Shown: positions 31,070-41,605, numbered from the stretch's first letter. The stretch is DNA of 64,000 nt from Syntrophales bacterium (GCA_963668175.1 OY764159.1:64001-128000), one strand, 5' to 3'. The notes: generated from the sequence alone by a model not told the origin. Translations and numbers: made by a program.

Positions 31070-31972
31070 CTATCCGGCCGCCGCAACCCTGTTGCGCCCT
31101 CCGTTTTTGGCTTCGTATAATGCCTGATCGGCCTTTTCGATCACCGTCGCCGGAGACGGGATCTCGCCCGTCATCTCCGCCACGCCGAGACTGACCGTAA
31201 TTCTTGACTTCATCGCCTGATGTTCGAATATCTCGTTCTCAATCATCGTGCGGCAGCGCTCTGCGATAACCAGGGCCTGACTGATATTGGTTTCCGGCAG
31301 GATGCAGCAAAATTCTTCGCCCCCATACCTGGAGACGAGATCCGTACTCCGGAGATCCGCCCGTATCAATTCCGCAAGCGCCTTGAGAACGAAATCTCCG
31401 TAAAGGTGTCCGAAATTATCGTTAACGGCCTTGAAATGATCAATATCCAGCATGACTATACTAAACGATTTTTGGTAGCGCTTATACCGGTCAAATTCCT
31501 CCCTGAGCCGGAACTCCAGGAATCGGCGATTGAAGACTCCTGTCAGCCCGTCCTGCATATTCATGTCGATCAGTTTCTGTTCATAGATCGCAATCTCGGT
31601 GACATCCTTGACGGTTATATAGAGATACTTGATGACGTTATTCTCGTCCCGCAGAGGCCCCATATTGCACCACTGCTGCATGAACTCGAACCGGGACTCC
31701 AGGGCACTCACGGGCTTAAAGGGAAAGAGATATTTGTGCAGTTTCTGGGAAAAATAGTACAGGTTTCCCAGACTCAATGCGTAAGCGCAACTGCGTAGAA
31801 ATTTCGGATTATTGAGGTGCGGGAAAAAAGTGAAAAGAGGCCGGCCGACGATCTTGTCCGCCTGTATTTCACTGTGCAGTTCCATCCAGCGGTTCCATTT
31901 AAAGACGTTAAGCTCATGATCCAGGATGACGATTCCGACATCCAGAATATCAAAAATCTGCGAGAATATCAT
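31070..31972 (-). CDS. PAS-GGDEF diguanylate cyclase
   Basis: DGLTGVFNRR, DIDHFKAVND, I-site RSTD, GGEEF, ADQALYEAK. Confidence 0.93.
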   Translation of the reverse strand: MIFSQIFDILDVGIVILDHELNVFKWNRWMELHSEIQADKIVGRPLFTFFPHLNNPKFLRSCAYALSLGNLYYFSQKLHKYLFPFKPVSALESRFEFMQQWCNMGPLRDENNVIKYLYITVKDVTEIAIYEQKLIDMNMQDGLTGVFNRRFLEFRLREEFDRYKRYQKSFSIVMLDIDHFKAVNDNFGHLYGDFVLKALAELIRADLRSTDLVSRYGGEEFCCILPETNISQALVIAERCRTMIENEIFEHQAMKSRITVSLGVAEMTGEIPSPATVIEKADQALYEAKNGGRNRVAAAG

Positions 31973-32613
31973 TCATATTGCTCCATGAACTCATTCAGGG
32001 CTTTCTTAAGCCAACGGATCGATTCTTCGCTGAACAGCAGCATAAGCTGGCCGGAAACTTCACGTTTTTCAAAATTGAAGATGGTTCTCAAAACGATGAC
32101 ATGATCATGTAGAGCCGTTAATTTATGCAAGGCAATTGCCCCGGCATGCTTTTCAAGCAGGACAGTCGGCGGCGAATAGGTCATAACATCGTTCAAAATA
32201 TCTGCGATCTTGCCTATACACGCCCCGATCAGAATATTGCCGATTTCCATCAGGGCCGCTTTTTCCAGTTCATCAATCGGATCGGCCCCGTAGGTGTCCA
32301 GGTCGTCTCCGGACAGGATGCTGATCAATGCTTTTCCCGATCCGGCGGGAAAAATCAGCAATGCATGCCCCTTGCACTTACCCCAGAATTTCTGTTCGAC
32401 GACACTGATGGGCTCACGATTCCGTATTGCCTCACCGATATATTGAGAGATATCGTCTGTCTTCTTCACATGGACATCGGGGACGCTTAATTTGATGAAA
32501 ATATCGATATATTCGGCAAGATCGGCAGTTGCTTTGCCGAAGGCAATATTCATGAGTTCTTGAAGGATTTCGATTTCTTCGTCGGCGATGCGGTCTTGTT
32601 CGATATCAGTCAT
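31969..32613 (-). CDS. CheC-like phosphatase
   Basis: Two ExxN motifs: LQELMNIAFGKA and LMEIGNILIGA. Confidence 0.85.
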   Translation of the reverse strand: MTDIEQDRIADEEIEILQELMNIAFGKATADLAEYIDIFIKLSVPDVHVKKTDDISQYIGEAIRNREPISVVEQKFWGKCKGHALLIFPAGSGKALISILSGDDLDTYGADPIDELEKAALMEIGNILIGACIGKIADILNDVMTYSPPTVLLEKHAGAIALHKLTALHDHVIVLRTIFNFEKREVSGQLMLLFSEESIRWLKKALNEFMEQYE

Positions 32614-32617
32614 GCAT

Positions 32618-32995
32618 TTACGCATTCGTCAGAATGCCGAGGGCCTCCGACAAGGCCTTCTGAACGGTCTCTTTGGATGCCGGTTTTCTTATAAAGCTAA
32701 GCGCTCCAAGCGACATGGCTTTTCCGATGGATTGGATCTGGACATCAGCCGTGCACATGATAACGATAGCCTTTCCGTCAATTTTCATGATTTCTTCCAG
32801 ACATCGCATACCGTCCATTTCCGGCATGGTAATATCCATAAAAGTGATATCGGGCTGGATACCTTTAAAAGCTTCCAATGCAGAACGGCCGTCCGCCGCC
32901 TCATGAAACTCGAATTCGCTTTCCGTGATGATACAGCTTTTCAGAATCTTGCGGGCGACGGGTGAATCGTCAACAATAAGAATCTTTTTAGCCAT
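32618..32995 (-). CDS. Single-domain CheY-like response regulator
   Basis: ILIVDDS, MDITMPEMDG, CTAD, FIRKP. Confidence 0.92.
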   Translation of the reverse strand: MAKKILIVDDSPVARKILKSCIITESEFEFHEAADGRSALEAFKGIQPDITFMDITMPEMDGMRCLEEIMKIDGKAIVIMCTADVQIQSIGKAMSLGALSFIRKPASKETVQKALSEALGILTNA

Positions 32996-33206
32996 TTATC
33001 ATCAAACTCCTTACACTTAACCGCCTAATAAATCATATTCCGTACATTAAGCTCCTTCAACCGTCTCGATAGTAACACCCTACTACTACAGTATTACATA
33101 TAGCAGGATTGTACGACAAAGAAAAGATGAAGTTCATCTATATTCATTCCCGACAATTCAAGGATGGCTTGTCGTGTTAATGCTCACGTTCTTCATGACT
33201 TTTCCC

Positions 33207-33235
33207 TTGATTCCTGCCATTCCCGCTAGTATATT
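33207..33235 (+). promoter_or_regulatory. Putative sigma70 promoter
   Basis: TTGATT-17 nt-TATATT upstream of the gene at 33324. Confidence 0.5.
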
Positions 33236-33323
33236 GACATTATGAATGGTCAGGCTATTCTACATCTCGGGGAAATGCCCAACTTAAAAAGAAACCTGCT
33301 GAACATACCAAGGAGGTATCCGA

Positions 33324-34028
33324 ATGAGACCCCCCGCCCCTAAGAGCGTTACCCAACTGATTGAAGATCACATTCAGCAATGGCAAGTCGGCGGCAAGAG
33401 GAAGTACAAGCAGCCGATCCGTCCTGTCGTCACCCTGTCGCGGCTTCCGGGCAGCGGCGGCGAAGTTCTGGGCCGCAAGCTCGCCGAAAATCTAAAAATC
33501 AGTTATTTCGACAATGAAATCATCGAAGCTATTGCAAAGAGCGCCAAAGTCGGAGATACGATCGTTGAAACGCTCGACGAGCAGGATCGGTCCATGCTGA
33601 GCGACTGGATTTCCGCCCTTTTGGGAGATCAGCAGTTATGGCCCTACGAATATCTGCATCATTTATCCAGGGTTGTCGGCGCGATCGCGGCGCACGGCCA
33701 TGCCGTCATCGTGGGGAGAGGAGCCGGCTTTATTCTCCCCCCCGAGATCAGCCTCAGGGTGTTGGTCGTGGCGCCCATGGAAGACAGGGTGAGGAACGTT
33801 GCCGAGATGTTCAAGGTTCCTGAAGAGGAAGCCAGGAAGCGGGTTATCAGAGCGGAGTCGGAAAGGCGGGCATATATTCGGCGTTATTTTAATGTCGATA
33901 TGATGGACCCTATTTACTACGATCTCATCATCAATACCCAATATCTCACGATCGATAACGGCGTGGAAATCGTCAAAGCGGCATACAACACCCGCCGTTG
34001 GTACGATTATTCTACACGGGAAAAGTGA
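33324..34028 (+). CDS. Cytidylate kinase-like family protein
   Basis: VTLSRLPGSGG, VIVGRGA, YYDLIINT; AAGGAGG ribosome binding site. Confidence 0.88.
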   Translation: MRPPAPKSVTQLIEDHIQQWQVGGKRKYKQPIRPVVTLSRLPGSGGEVLGRKLAENLKISYFDNEIIEAIAKSAKVGDTIVETLDEQDRSMLSDWISALLGDQQLWPYEYLHHLSRVVGAIAAHGHAVIVGRGAGFILPPEISLRVLVVAPMEDRVRNVAEMFKVPEEEARKRVIRAESERRAYIRRYFNVDMMDPIYYDLIINTQYLTIDNGVEIVKAAYNTRRWYDYSTREK

Positions 34029-34031
34029 GAA

Positions 34032-34073
34032 GAAAACCGCCCCGTTCCCGGTCGACCCCGGAACCGGGGCGGT
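34032..34073. terminator. GC-rich hairpin between convergent genes
   Basis: ACCGCCCCG...CGGGGCGGT with an A-tract on the left, which is a U-tract for the minus strand. Confidence 0.6.
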
Positions 34074-34110
34074 CAAACGGAAGTCCCGGATATCATTCAA
34101 GGAACAACCT

Positions 34111-35985
34111 TCAAACAAACGTCATCTTCAACTCATACACACCGGCCACAATACTTTTTTCGATTTCAAAGCCTCCCCGCTCAAAGACATGGAGCATCGG
34201 CTCGTTTTCCGCAAGGACTTCGGCCGTAAATCCCAGCAAACCCTGCCTCTTGGCAAGGTATGTCAGATACGAAAGCAATTCGGTACCGACGCCTTGCTGC
34301 TGATAGTCGTCCCTGACGGCAAAGGCAACCTCGGCCGAATGTTTGTTCGGCTCCACATAGTACCGCCCGATACCGATAATCTCCTCTTGGGCCTCCTGGC
34401 CAATAACGGCCAAGATTGCTATTTCTTTGGTATAATCGATGACGACCAGCGACTGAAGCCGTTCATGGGGCATGTCGGTTCGCGAAGAAATGAATCGCCG
34501 ATAGAGACTCTGGTCGGAAAGGGAATAGATGAAATTTTTATAACGGGCCTCATCGGAGATCTTGATCGGCCGGAAGAATATATTGAAGCCCTTGCTTGTT
34601 GTTCTGTAAGCTTCCATATTCTCGGGGTATTGGCCTTCGGTGCCGGGTATAAAAGCCTGGTCCCGATAAATCAAGCCCGCCTTTTTGGCTTCGCTGATGA
34701 GCCAGCCCCGAAACTTGGGATGAGCAATGGCAATGAGCTCCATCGCCCTTTCGCGGATGTTCTTGCCGCTCAAGTACGCGATGCCGTATTCCGTAACCAC
34801 ATACTGAACATCGCCGCGGGTCATCGAGGTCCCGGCCCCCTCCTTCAGAAAAGGCACGATCCGGGATACGACTTCACATGCCGCAGTCGACTGGATCGCG
34901 AGAATCGTCTTGCCCTTTTTCGCCAGGGCGGCGCCGCGCATGAAGTCGGCATGCCCGCCGACACCGCTGTAGAACGTCTTTCCGATGGACTCCGCCGTGG
35001 CCTGACCGGTCAGATCGATTTCCAAAGCGCTGTTGATCGCCACCATGTGCTCATGGCGGGCGATAATCAGCGGATCGTTCGTATAGTCTATCGTCCTGAA
35101 TTCAATCGCGGGATTGTCGTCAACATAGGCATAGGTTTCCCGATGTCCCATGCAGAAGCTTGCTACGGTTTTTCCCCGGTCGATGACTTTTCTGGAGTTG
35201 TCTATGACTCCTTTCTGCATCAGCTCGACGATGCCGTCCGACAGCAATTCCGTATGCACGCCCAGGTGTTTCTTGCCCGAGAGATGGGAAAGAAGGGCAT
35301 TCGGAATGCTGCCGTATCCCACCTGGATCGTATCGCCGTCTTCGATCAAACGGGAAATGTAATTGCCGATCTTGGTCGTAATATCCGTGTCCGATTCGGG
35401 CGTGTATTCCAGGAGCGGCTCATTATAAGGAATCAGGAAATCAATGTTGTCGATATGGACGAAGCCCTCGCCGTGGACCCGGGGCATGTATGTATTGGCT
35501 TGAACGATAACGGTCTTGGCCATCTCCGTAGCCGCCTTTACGATATCGACGCTGATCCCCATGCTCATATAACCGTGATCGTCGGGTACCGACGTCTGGA
35601 TCAGGACGACGTCCACCCGCGCGAGCCCGCGGTAGAAAAGATCGGGCACCTTGGAAAGGAAAACAGGTGTGTAATCGGCCACCCCGGTGTTGATAGCTTC
35701 ACGGGTCGGATCGCCGATAAAGAAGGAATTGTGCCGAAAATTCTGTTTGAATTTTTCATCGGCATACGGCGCGACCCCCAGTGTCCTCACATGGATGACC
35801 TCGGCATCAAAGAAAGCTTTCGGATTGGATTTAACATACCGTATGAGTGAATGGACCAGATATTGCGGTTCGGCACAGGCAGATCCGATGAAGATCACAT
35901 CGCCGCGGTGGACGTTGTTGAACACCTTCTCCACCGGTACAAACTTGTCCGGATATGCTTCTTTCCAGTCAGCAAGCGACTTCAT
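34111..35985 (-). CDS. Acetyl-CoA hydrolase/transferase fused to a C-terminal GNAT domain
   Basis: IQVGYGSIP, LGVHTE, INSALEIDLTGQ, SGVGG, VTEYG, then RPIKISD, AEVAFAVRDDYQQQGVGT. Confidence 0.9.
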   Translation of the reverse strand: MKSLADWKEAYPDKFVPVEKVFNNVHRGDVIFIGSACAEPQYLVHSLIRYVKSNPKAFFDAEVIHVRTLGVAPYADEKFKQNFRHNSFFIGDPTREAINTGVADYTPVFLSKVPDLFYRGLARVDVVLIQTSVPDDHGYMSMGISVDIVKAATEMAKTVIVQANTYMPRVHGEGFVHIDNIDFLIPYNEPLLEYTPESDTDITTKIGNYISRLIEDGDTIQVGYGSIPNALLSHLSGKKHLGVHTELLSDGIVELMQKGVIDNSRKVIDRGKTVASFCMGHRETYAYVDDNPAIEFRTIDYTNDPLIIARHEHMVAINSALEIDLTGQATAESIGKTFYSGVGGHADFMRGAALAKKGKTILAIQSTAACEVVSRIVPFLKEGAGTSMTRGDVQYVVTEYGIAYLSGKNIRERAMELIAIAHPKFRGWLISEAKKAGLIYRDQAFIPGTEGQYPENMEAYRTTSKGFNIFFRPIKISDEARYKNFIYSLSDQSLYRRFISSRTDMPHERLQSLVVIDYTKEIAILAVIGQEAQEEIIGIGRYYVEPNKHSAEVAFAVRDDYQQQGVGTELLSYLTYLAKRQGLLGFTAEVLAENEPMLHVFERGGFEIEKSIVAGVYELKMTFV

Positions 35986-36029
35986 CTCCTGTCCTCCTCT
36001 TTCTCCATCATCTATAAAATATGTCCTTT

Positions 36030-38162
36030 TTATTTTCCGTTTTCAAAACCGGCCGGTCGCAAGACAAGCCGTCTGATCATTTCATCCTTGTCCGTCGTCG
36101 GCTCAAGACAGGTCTTGCCATGGCAGACATAGGCCGTAGCCCCACCGGTTTTGGCCGTCATATGCTCCGTAAAGGGCGCTATTACGGCAATTTCCGGCGA
36201 TGGGTCATCGGCCGGACGGTATAGAATAGCCAGTTCGGGGAGATAACATTCAGCAAGCCGTCGAAGCATGGCTTCCGTATCGACGCCGCCGGGCTCACCC
36301 ACAACGACCACTTCCCTCGAATCTATCTCAAGCAAATTTAGTGCCGTCATGAAGCACGAACAGGCCGACGGGAGCCTGGCTATCGTTCCCGAAAAGGCAT
36401 GAACGACCCGGCGGGCCTCCTCTTCCAGATCGCTCCGTCCGGTCAGCCTGGACAGGCGGATCAGATTGACGGCCGTCAAAGCATTGCCTGACGGGGTTGC
36501 CCCATCGTAGGCCTCCTTTTTCCGGAAGACCGTATTTTTCCCGTCATGGGCCGTGAAAAAAAATCCCCCCGATTTCACATCGAGAAAATACTTCGTGCAG
36601 TCTTCCTGGAGGGACAACGCCAGCTTCAAACAGCCGGTATCGAAACTTACCTGGTAATAATGAATCAGGCCCCATATGAAGAATGCGTAGTCGTCCAGGT
36701 TGGCGGGAATACCTTCGCCGTTTCCCCGCAGGCAATGCAGAAGCCTGCCGCGGCTATCTCGTAAACGGCTGCAGACGAAGTCGATGGCGGCCTTAGCGTG
36801 CTCCAGATATGTGCTCACACCCAACACGCGCGCCCCCTCGGACAATGCGGCGATCATGAGGCCGTTCCAGTCCGTCAGGATCTTATCGTCCCTCTGGGGA
36901 CGTACGCGCCTGGATCGGTATGTAAAGAGGCGCTGCCTTGCCGCTTCCAGTTTCTTCTCGAACTCTTCCGGAGGAAGTCCTAACGTCCCGGCAAATTCAG
37001 CGGCTGCCATGGCAGTGTGGAGGATGTTCATCCCCGTTTTTCTTCCGGTCGACTCATCCCTGAAATTGCCGTCCTGGTCGATGCGATAAAATTTCAAGAA
37101 CCACAGCGTGTCTTCGCGGTCCAGGAGACCGGCCACTTCCTCGTACCGCCACAGGTAAAACTTGCCTTCGCGGCCTTCGCTGTCGGCATCTTCCGCCGTA
37201 TAGAATCCTCCTTCGGGCGATGTCATATCCCGCAAAACGTAAGCCAGGACGTCTGAGGCCGTTTGCCTGTAAATGATGCGGCCCGTAGCTTGATAGGCCT
37301 CCAGATAGACAAGGGCGAGCTGTGCCTGGTCGTACAGCATCTTCTCGAAATGGGGAACAAGCCACCGGTCATCCGTCGAATAGCGGTGGAAACCATAGCC
37401 TACCTGGTCATATATGCCGCCCTGGCGCATGCATCGGAGCGTCGTTTCGACCATTTCCAGAGCCCGATCGTCTCCGAAACGTTTCCAGTAACGCAGAAGA
37501 AACAGAAGATGCCATGGCAGGGGAAATTTCGGAGCGGGCAGGAATCCGCCGCGGTCGTGGTCGAACATGTCTGCAAGTTCATCATAGGCCCGCTTGCTGA
37601 TCCCCGATATATCCGCCGCCGGAGTCTGCCGTTCGAACCGCTTCAGCTCTTTGCTTATCTCCTCCGCGGCATTAAGGGCATCGTTTCGCCGTGAGGACCA
37701 GATATTCCGGACAAGCGGGATTAGTTCCAGCATGCCCATTCTTCCCGACGCATTGTTTTTCGGCAGATACGTGGCCGCATAAAACGGCAGTCCTTCAGGG
37801 GTCAGAATAACGGTCAGGGGCCAGCCACCCGTGCCGGTCAGCAATTGACAGGCCGTCATGTAGACTTTATCGATGTCGGGCCTCTCTTCGCGATCGGCTT
37901 TGACAGAGATGAAGACTTCATTCATCAGCGCCGCGACTTCCGCATCTTCGAACGATTCATGCGCCATCACGTGACACCAGTGACAGGCAGAGTAGCCGAT
38001 GGAGAGAAAAACCGGCTTCCCCTCGGCTCTGGCTTTCGCGAAGGCCTCTTCACCCCAGGGATACCAGTCGACGGGATTTTTGGCATGCTGCTGCAAATAG
38101 GGGCTCTTCTCATGGATAAGCCGGTTGGGAGGTGCGGAGGAGATCGGATTCTCACTCATCAT
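36030..38162 (-). CDS. YyaL/SSP411 family thioredoxin domain protein (DUF255)
   Basis: [54 protein letters not shown]. Confidence 0.93.
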   Translation of the reverse strand: MMSENPISSAPPNRLIHEKSPYLQQHAKNPVDWYPWGEEAFAKARAEGKPVFLSIGYSACHWCHVMAHESFEDAEVAALMNEVFISVKADREERPDIDKVYMTACQLLTGTGGWPLTVILTPEGLPFYAATYLPKNNASGRMGMLELIPLVRNIWSSRRNDALNAAEEISKELKRFERQTPAADISGISKRAYDELADMFDHDRGGFLPAPKFPLPWHLLFLLRYWKRFGDDRALEMVETTLRCMRQGGIYDQVGYGFHRYSTDDRWLVPHFEKMLYDQAQLALVYLEAYQATGRIIYRQTASDVLAYVLRDMTSPEGGFYTAEDADSEGREGKFYLWRYEEVAGLLDREDTLWFLKFYRIDQDGNFRDESTGRKTGMNILHTAMAAAEFAGTLGLPPEEFEKKLEAARQRLFTYRSRRVRPQRDDKILTDWNGLMIAALSEGARVLGVSTYLEHAKAAIDFVCSRLRDSRGRLLHCLRGNGEGIPANLDDYAFFIWGLIHYYQVSFDTGCLKLALSLQEDCTKYFLDVKSGGFFFTAHDGKNTVFRKKEAYDGATPSGNALTAVNLIRLSRLTGRSDLEEEARRVVHAFSGTIARLPSACSCFMTALNLLEIDSREVVVVGEPGGVDTEAMLRRLAECYLPELAILYRPADDPSPEIAVIAPFTEHMTAKTGGATAYVCHGKTCLEPTTDKDEMIRRLVLRPAGFENGK

Positions 38163-38663
38163 AGCGTTACATCTTGCCGGATTTTGTCAAACCCGATCTT
38201 GGTGCCTTTCTGTCCGATGGCAGGCGGCAAATTGCTGAGCACGAGACAAACATGCATGAAACGCGGTTTGCATAAAAGGAACATCCCGCGCCATTTTCTT
38301 CCGGATGACCGTATTGCAGCTATTTTGAGGACCTTAGTTTATGAAAACCATTGAGAAAAGAGGCCTCTCAACATCCTCAGCTTTCTCTACATCCACCGCA
38401 ACGACGACTTGTCGTACCGTCACCCATAGTATGGATTATAAAGGAAGAATGGCCTGAAAGCAAGCAAAAGGCCGGATCATGATATCCATAGCAGCGCGCC
38501 GGCTCCATGCGAAATCGCAAACCGCCCGAGAGCCGATCCCGATACAACAGACGACAGGCCGACTGCTTATTTCCCCTCTCGGCAAACTATGATATACATT
38601 AACCATATTGAAAGATGAAAACCGAAAATCGTCACATAAACGATCAGGAAGGAGGATGAAGCC

Positions 38664-39272
38664 ATGTTGGATAAGATATCCTGGTTGGGGCATTCAAGCA
38701 TTAAAATCAAGACGGACAAAGTTATCTACATCGATCCCTGGAAACTCAAGGATCAAGAAAAGGCGGATTTAATCCTCATCAGCCACAGTCATGGAGATCA
38801 TTTATCGCCCTCCGACGTGAAAAAAATTCAGAAGGATGAGACCGTCATCATCACCACGGCCGATTGCGCCTCCCAACTGAGCGGCAACATCAGAACCGTC
38901 CGACCCGGCGACGTGGTCACTGTTTACGAAATAAAAGTAGAGGCCGTTCCTTCCTATAATGTCTCCAAAACCTTCCACCCGGCGGCCAACGGTTGGGTCG
39001 GCTTTGTGATTACCTTGGCCGGGAAAAGAATCTACTACGCCGGGGATACCGATTCCGTGCCCGAATTAAAGAATATCGAGGCCGATATCATGATCATGCC
39101 CGTAGGGGGAACATACACGATGACAGCCGAGGAAGCCGCCCAGGCAGTCAATCTCGTCAATCCTGAGGCCGCAATCCCGATCCACTGGGGCGACATCATC
39201 GGCTCCGCGGCCGATGCCGATAAATTCAAGCGGCTGTGCCGGGTGCCGGTCGTCATCAAACCTATTGCATAA
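38664..39272 (+). CDS. MBL-fold metallo-hydrolase
   Basis: WLGHSS, IDP, SHSHGDH, YAGDT, PVGGTYTM, IPIHWG. Confidence 0.9.
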   Translation: MLDKISWLGHSSIKIKTDKVIYIDPWKLKDQEKADLILISHSHGDHLSPSDVKKIQKDETVIITTADCASQLSGNIRTVRPGDVVTVYEIKVEAVPSYNVSKTFHPAANGWVGFVITLAGKRIYYAGDTDSVPELKNIEADIMIMPVGGTYTMTAEEAAQAVNLVNPEAAIPIHWGDIIGSAADADKFKRLCRVPVVIKPIA

Positions 39273-39654
39273 GGACAATTTCGTCCGTTGCCGGCACAGA
39301 AATATCTTTTCCGGAGGCGGGGCGATTGCAGCGGCTTTCGTTCTACCTCGTTTTGTATCTTTTGTTTCTCCATTCGACCATTCCTTTCTCCCGTTTTTAT
39401 TATCGTCATCGCCGATTTTTCAAGCAATCCGGACCATCCCGTGAAACCTCATGCCTCTGAAGCCACAGAAAATGCCTGATTTTAAAGAGCTTTTCATAAA
39501 GCTATAAACTGCAATAATTAACGATAGTAAAAGATAGTGACGCATAAATATATTATTGCAATGCTTGATAATGAATAGTATAATCGGACAAAGTATAAGA
39601 ACCTCTATTAAACTATAATAGAGAACAAGAAAGTAAAAGTCGGTTGGGGGGAGG

Positions 39655-39855
39655 ATGGTTATGTTGGAGATCGGAGGCCACAAACTATACAATGTTCAAG
39701 AGCTTACGGAGAAATTGGATGTGACGAAACTTACCATCAGAACCTATATCAAACAGGGGAGGCTCGGCGCCCGGAAAATAGGGGGCAAGTGGTACGTGAC
39801 AGAGGAAGAACTCATCAGTTTCTTATCCTTAGCGGATCGCAGCAAAGAAGCATAG
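39655..39855 (+). CDS. HTH_17 (excisionase/MerR-like) DNA-binding protein
   Basis: LYNVQELTEKLDVTKLTIRTYIKQGRLGARKIGGKWYV; GGGGAGG ribosome binding site. Confidence 0.85.
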   Translation: MVMLEIGGHKLYNVQELTEKLDVTKLTIRTYIKQGRLGARKIGGKWYVTEEELISFLSLADRSKEA

Positions 39856-39889
39856 GCCTAAACATCGCCCGGGAGAGGTAAAAACAAAG

Positions 39890-40075
39890 ATGCAGAAAAA
39901 CGGATATGGGGAATTGATGGCCAAGTATGTGGGAAACCGCTGGATTTACATCGACAGAAACAAGAGGGGAGAAGGCGTATTAAGGGATAGAGACGATAGT
40001 ACGCTGGTCCGCGATACGGAAACAGGGAATGAGGCGTCACAGGCGACACGGTCGATTATTGATAGACAAACCTAA
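39890..40075 (+). CDS. Small hypothetical protein (ELMxKYxGN motif)
   Basis: GAGAGG ribosome binding site; shares a motif with the next ORF. Confidence 0.55.
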   Translation: MQKNGYGELMAKYVGNRWIYIDRNKRGEGVLRDRDDSTLVRDTETGNEASQATRSIIDRQT

Positions 40076-40127
40076 CCTTGAGGTACGGAAGAAACCTCTG
40101 GTTTTCGCTCAAAGGGAGATCATGTCC

Positions 40128-40310
40128 ATGAATACGATCGAAAGAGAACTCATGAAAAAATATACCGGTAACGGCGGCGGCAGTTTCGGCAGACAGAACA
40201 TCAACACGGATACGAAGCCGGATCATAGCAGGATCATGATCAAAGAGGCCGAAAAGGAAACGAGGGAACAATCGGACCGCCTCATCCGCGAACTGATGGA
40301 AAGACTTTAA
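40128..40310 (+). CDS. Small hypothetical protein (ELMxKYxGN motif)
   Basis: GGGAG ribosome binding site 9 nt before the ATG; 60 aa; followed by a hairpin. Confidence 0.6.
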   Translation: MNTIERELMKKYTGNGGGSFGRQNINTDTKPDHSRIMIKEAEKETREQSDRLIRELMERL

Positions 40311-40328
40311 ACCCGCCCGCGAACTATC

Positions 40329-40363
40329 CAGGGGGGCGGCCTTTGCCGCACCCCTGATCCTTT
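40329..40363 (+). terminator. Hairpin after the small-gene cluster
   Basis: CAGGGGGGCGGC-CTTT-GCCGCACCCCTG with a weak U-tract. Confidence 0.5.
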
Positions 40364-40546
40364 ACGACTCGTTTTCAAGACAGGCGTTTCCGCCCCGCAA
40401 ATTCGGCCGGCATTCACAGTACCTGTCCTATTCTCAACCGGAAAATCCTCTTGTTGCCGTTACGCCCTTTCCGCCGCACCTTCATTATGCGCCCGAGACA
40501 GGAAAAGGCGTCTTCTGAAAGCCTTTCTCCTGTCTGCATTCGTATT

Positions 40547-41374
40547 TTATCCTACATAAGACGGCAGGTCCCCAGGCTCCTTGCCTTGAAAACTGCAAGC
40601 GATATTGCAGGTTTTACAGGGCCCCTTGAGTGCCGGCAGAGGCGGCTCTCCTTTGATACCGTCTATGAAGTCAAGACATCGATTCACCGTTTCTTCGTCG
40701 CCGTCTACGATGAGCGAAACGGACCCTTCCGCGCCGCCATACCCCCCCGACGTAAAATGAACGGTATGCAGCCCGAAAAGGTTCTGGATGGCCTCTATTT
40801 CCGTCACGACGCTGCCGTCGGCCACACAGGCCATGCCGACGAGGGCGCCGATGGAGCGTCCCAGGGCAAGTCGGCCGCCATACCGGGCGGCTTCCTCCAC
40901 GGAGGGGATCAATTTTTCCAACCCTACCGGATAGATGGTCCTGATGCCCTGCGCTTTCAGCGCCATGTAGAACTGGCCCATCGTTCCGCCCACCGGGCTG
41001 GCCATGACCACGCCGACATTCCCCAGCGGGTCGACGGCATTGGCCCCTTTCAAGAGAATGTCGCCCTTGGTGAGGTTGTTGAGAACCTCCCCCGGTTCAA
41101 CGGCCAGAATCTCGCCCTTATGAAAGGTAACGGGCCTTGATCTCAATTCCTGGCTCAGGACGCAATAGAAACCCCTGATAACCTGACCTGCCATATATCT
41201 TTCCTTCTCGGTCTTTTCTCCGAGAAGTTCCTCGAGGATATAGGCGTTGGTCGAGCCGCGGCCAATGAGAAGATATCCGTTGTCCTTAGCCTTTTGTACT
41301 TCATCCAGACCCGCCACGGCCTTGCCGATCAGCCTTTTCGATTCCGACGGAGTCAATGTAAACAGCGCTTGCAT
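40547..41374 (-). CDS. Hypothetical protein, possibly RpiA/NagB/CoA-transferase-like fold
   Basis: AAAGGAGG before MQALFTLTPSESKRLI; GRGST, KGANAVD, C-terminal CxxCxxxC. Confidence 0.75.
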   Translation of the reverse strand: MQALFTLTPSESKRLIGKAVAGLDEVQKAKDNGYLLIGRGSTNAYILEELLGEKTEKERYMAGQVIRGFYCVLSQELRSRPVTFHKGEILAVEPGEVLNNLTKGDILLKGANAVDPLGNVGVVMASPVGGTMGQFYMALKAQGIRTIYPVGLEKLIPSVEEAARYGGRLALGRSIGALVGMACVADGSVVTEIEAIQNLFGLHTVHFTSGGYGGAEGSVSLIVDGDEETVNRCLDFIDGIKGEPPLPALKGPCKTCNIACSFQGKEPGDLPSYVG

Positions 41375-41605
41375 TGCCAGCCTCCTTTCGGGAGTCATGT
41401 CCTCCCTTTCCGCGATATATGAATAATGTTTCTTCCAATCCACCGCCCTTTTTTATCGATCCGGTTGCTTCTCCCTATTCAGATATATCATACCATGCCT
41501 CCTCGACGACCCCAACGGACTTTTTCATTTAAAACAAAATTTGAAAGTTATTCGTTAACGGATATGGCCGTGCGGCGTCACGGTCGACATTTTTTCAAGT
41601 TATGG

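Noticed and set aside
34189..35850. 553-aa plus-strand ORF and similar long antisense ORFs (43345-44646, 54219-55322, 10875-11804)
   Set aside because: They are shadow frames opposite well-supported genes in GC-rich DNA and carry no motifs.
40330..40415. GTCTTGAAAAC on the minus strand, resembling a tRNA-Ser(UGA) anticodon loop or an attachment site
   Set aside because: The anticodon stem does not pair beyond 2 bp and there is no T loop or CCA end.
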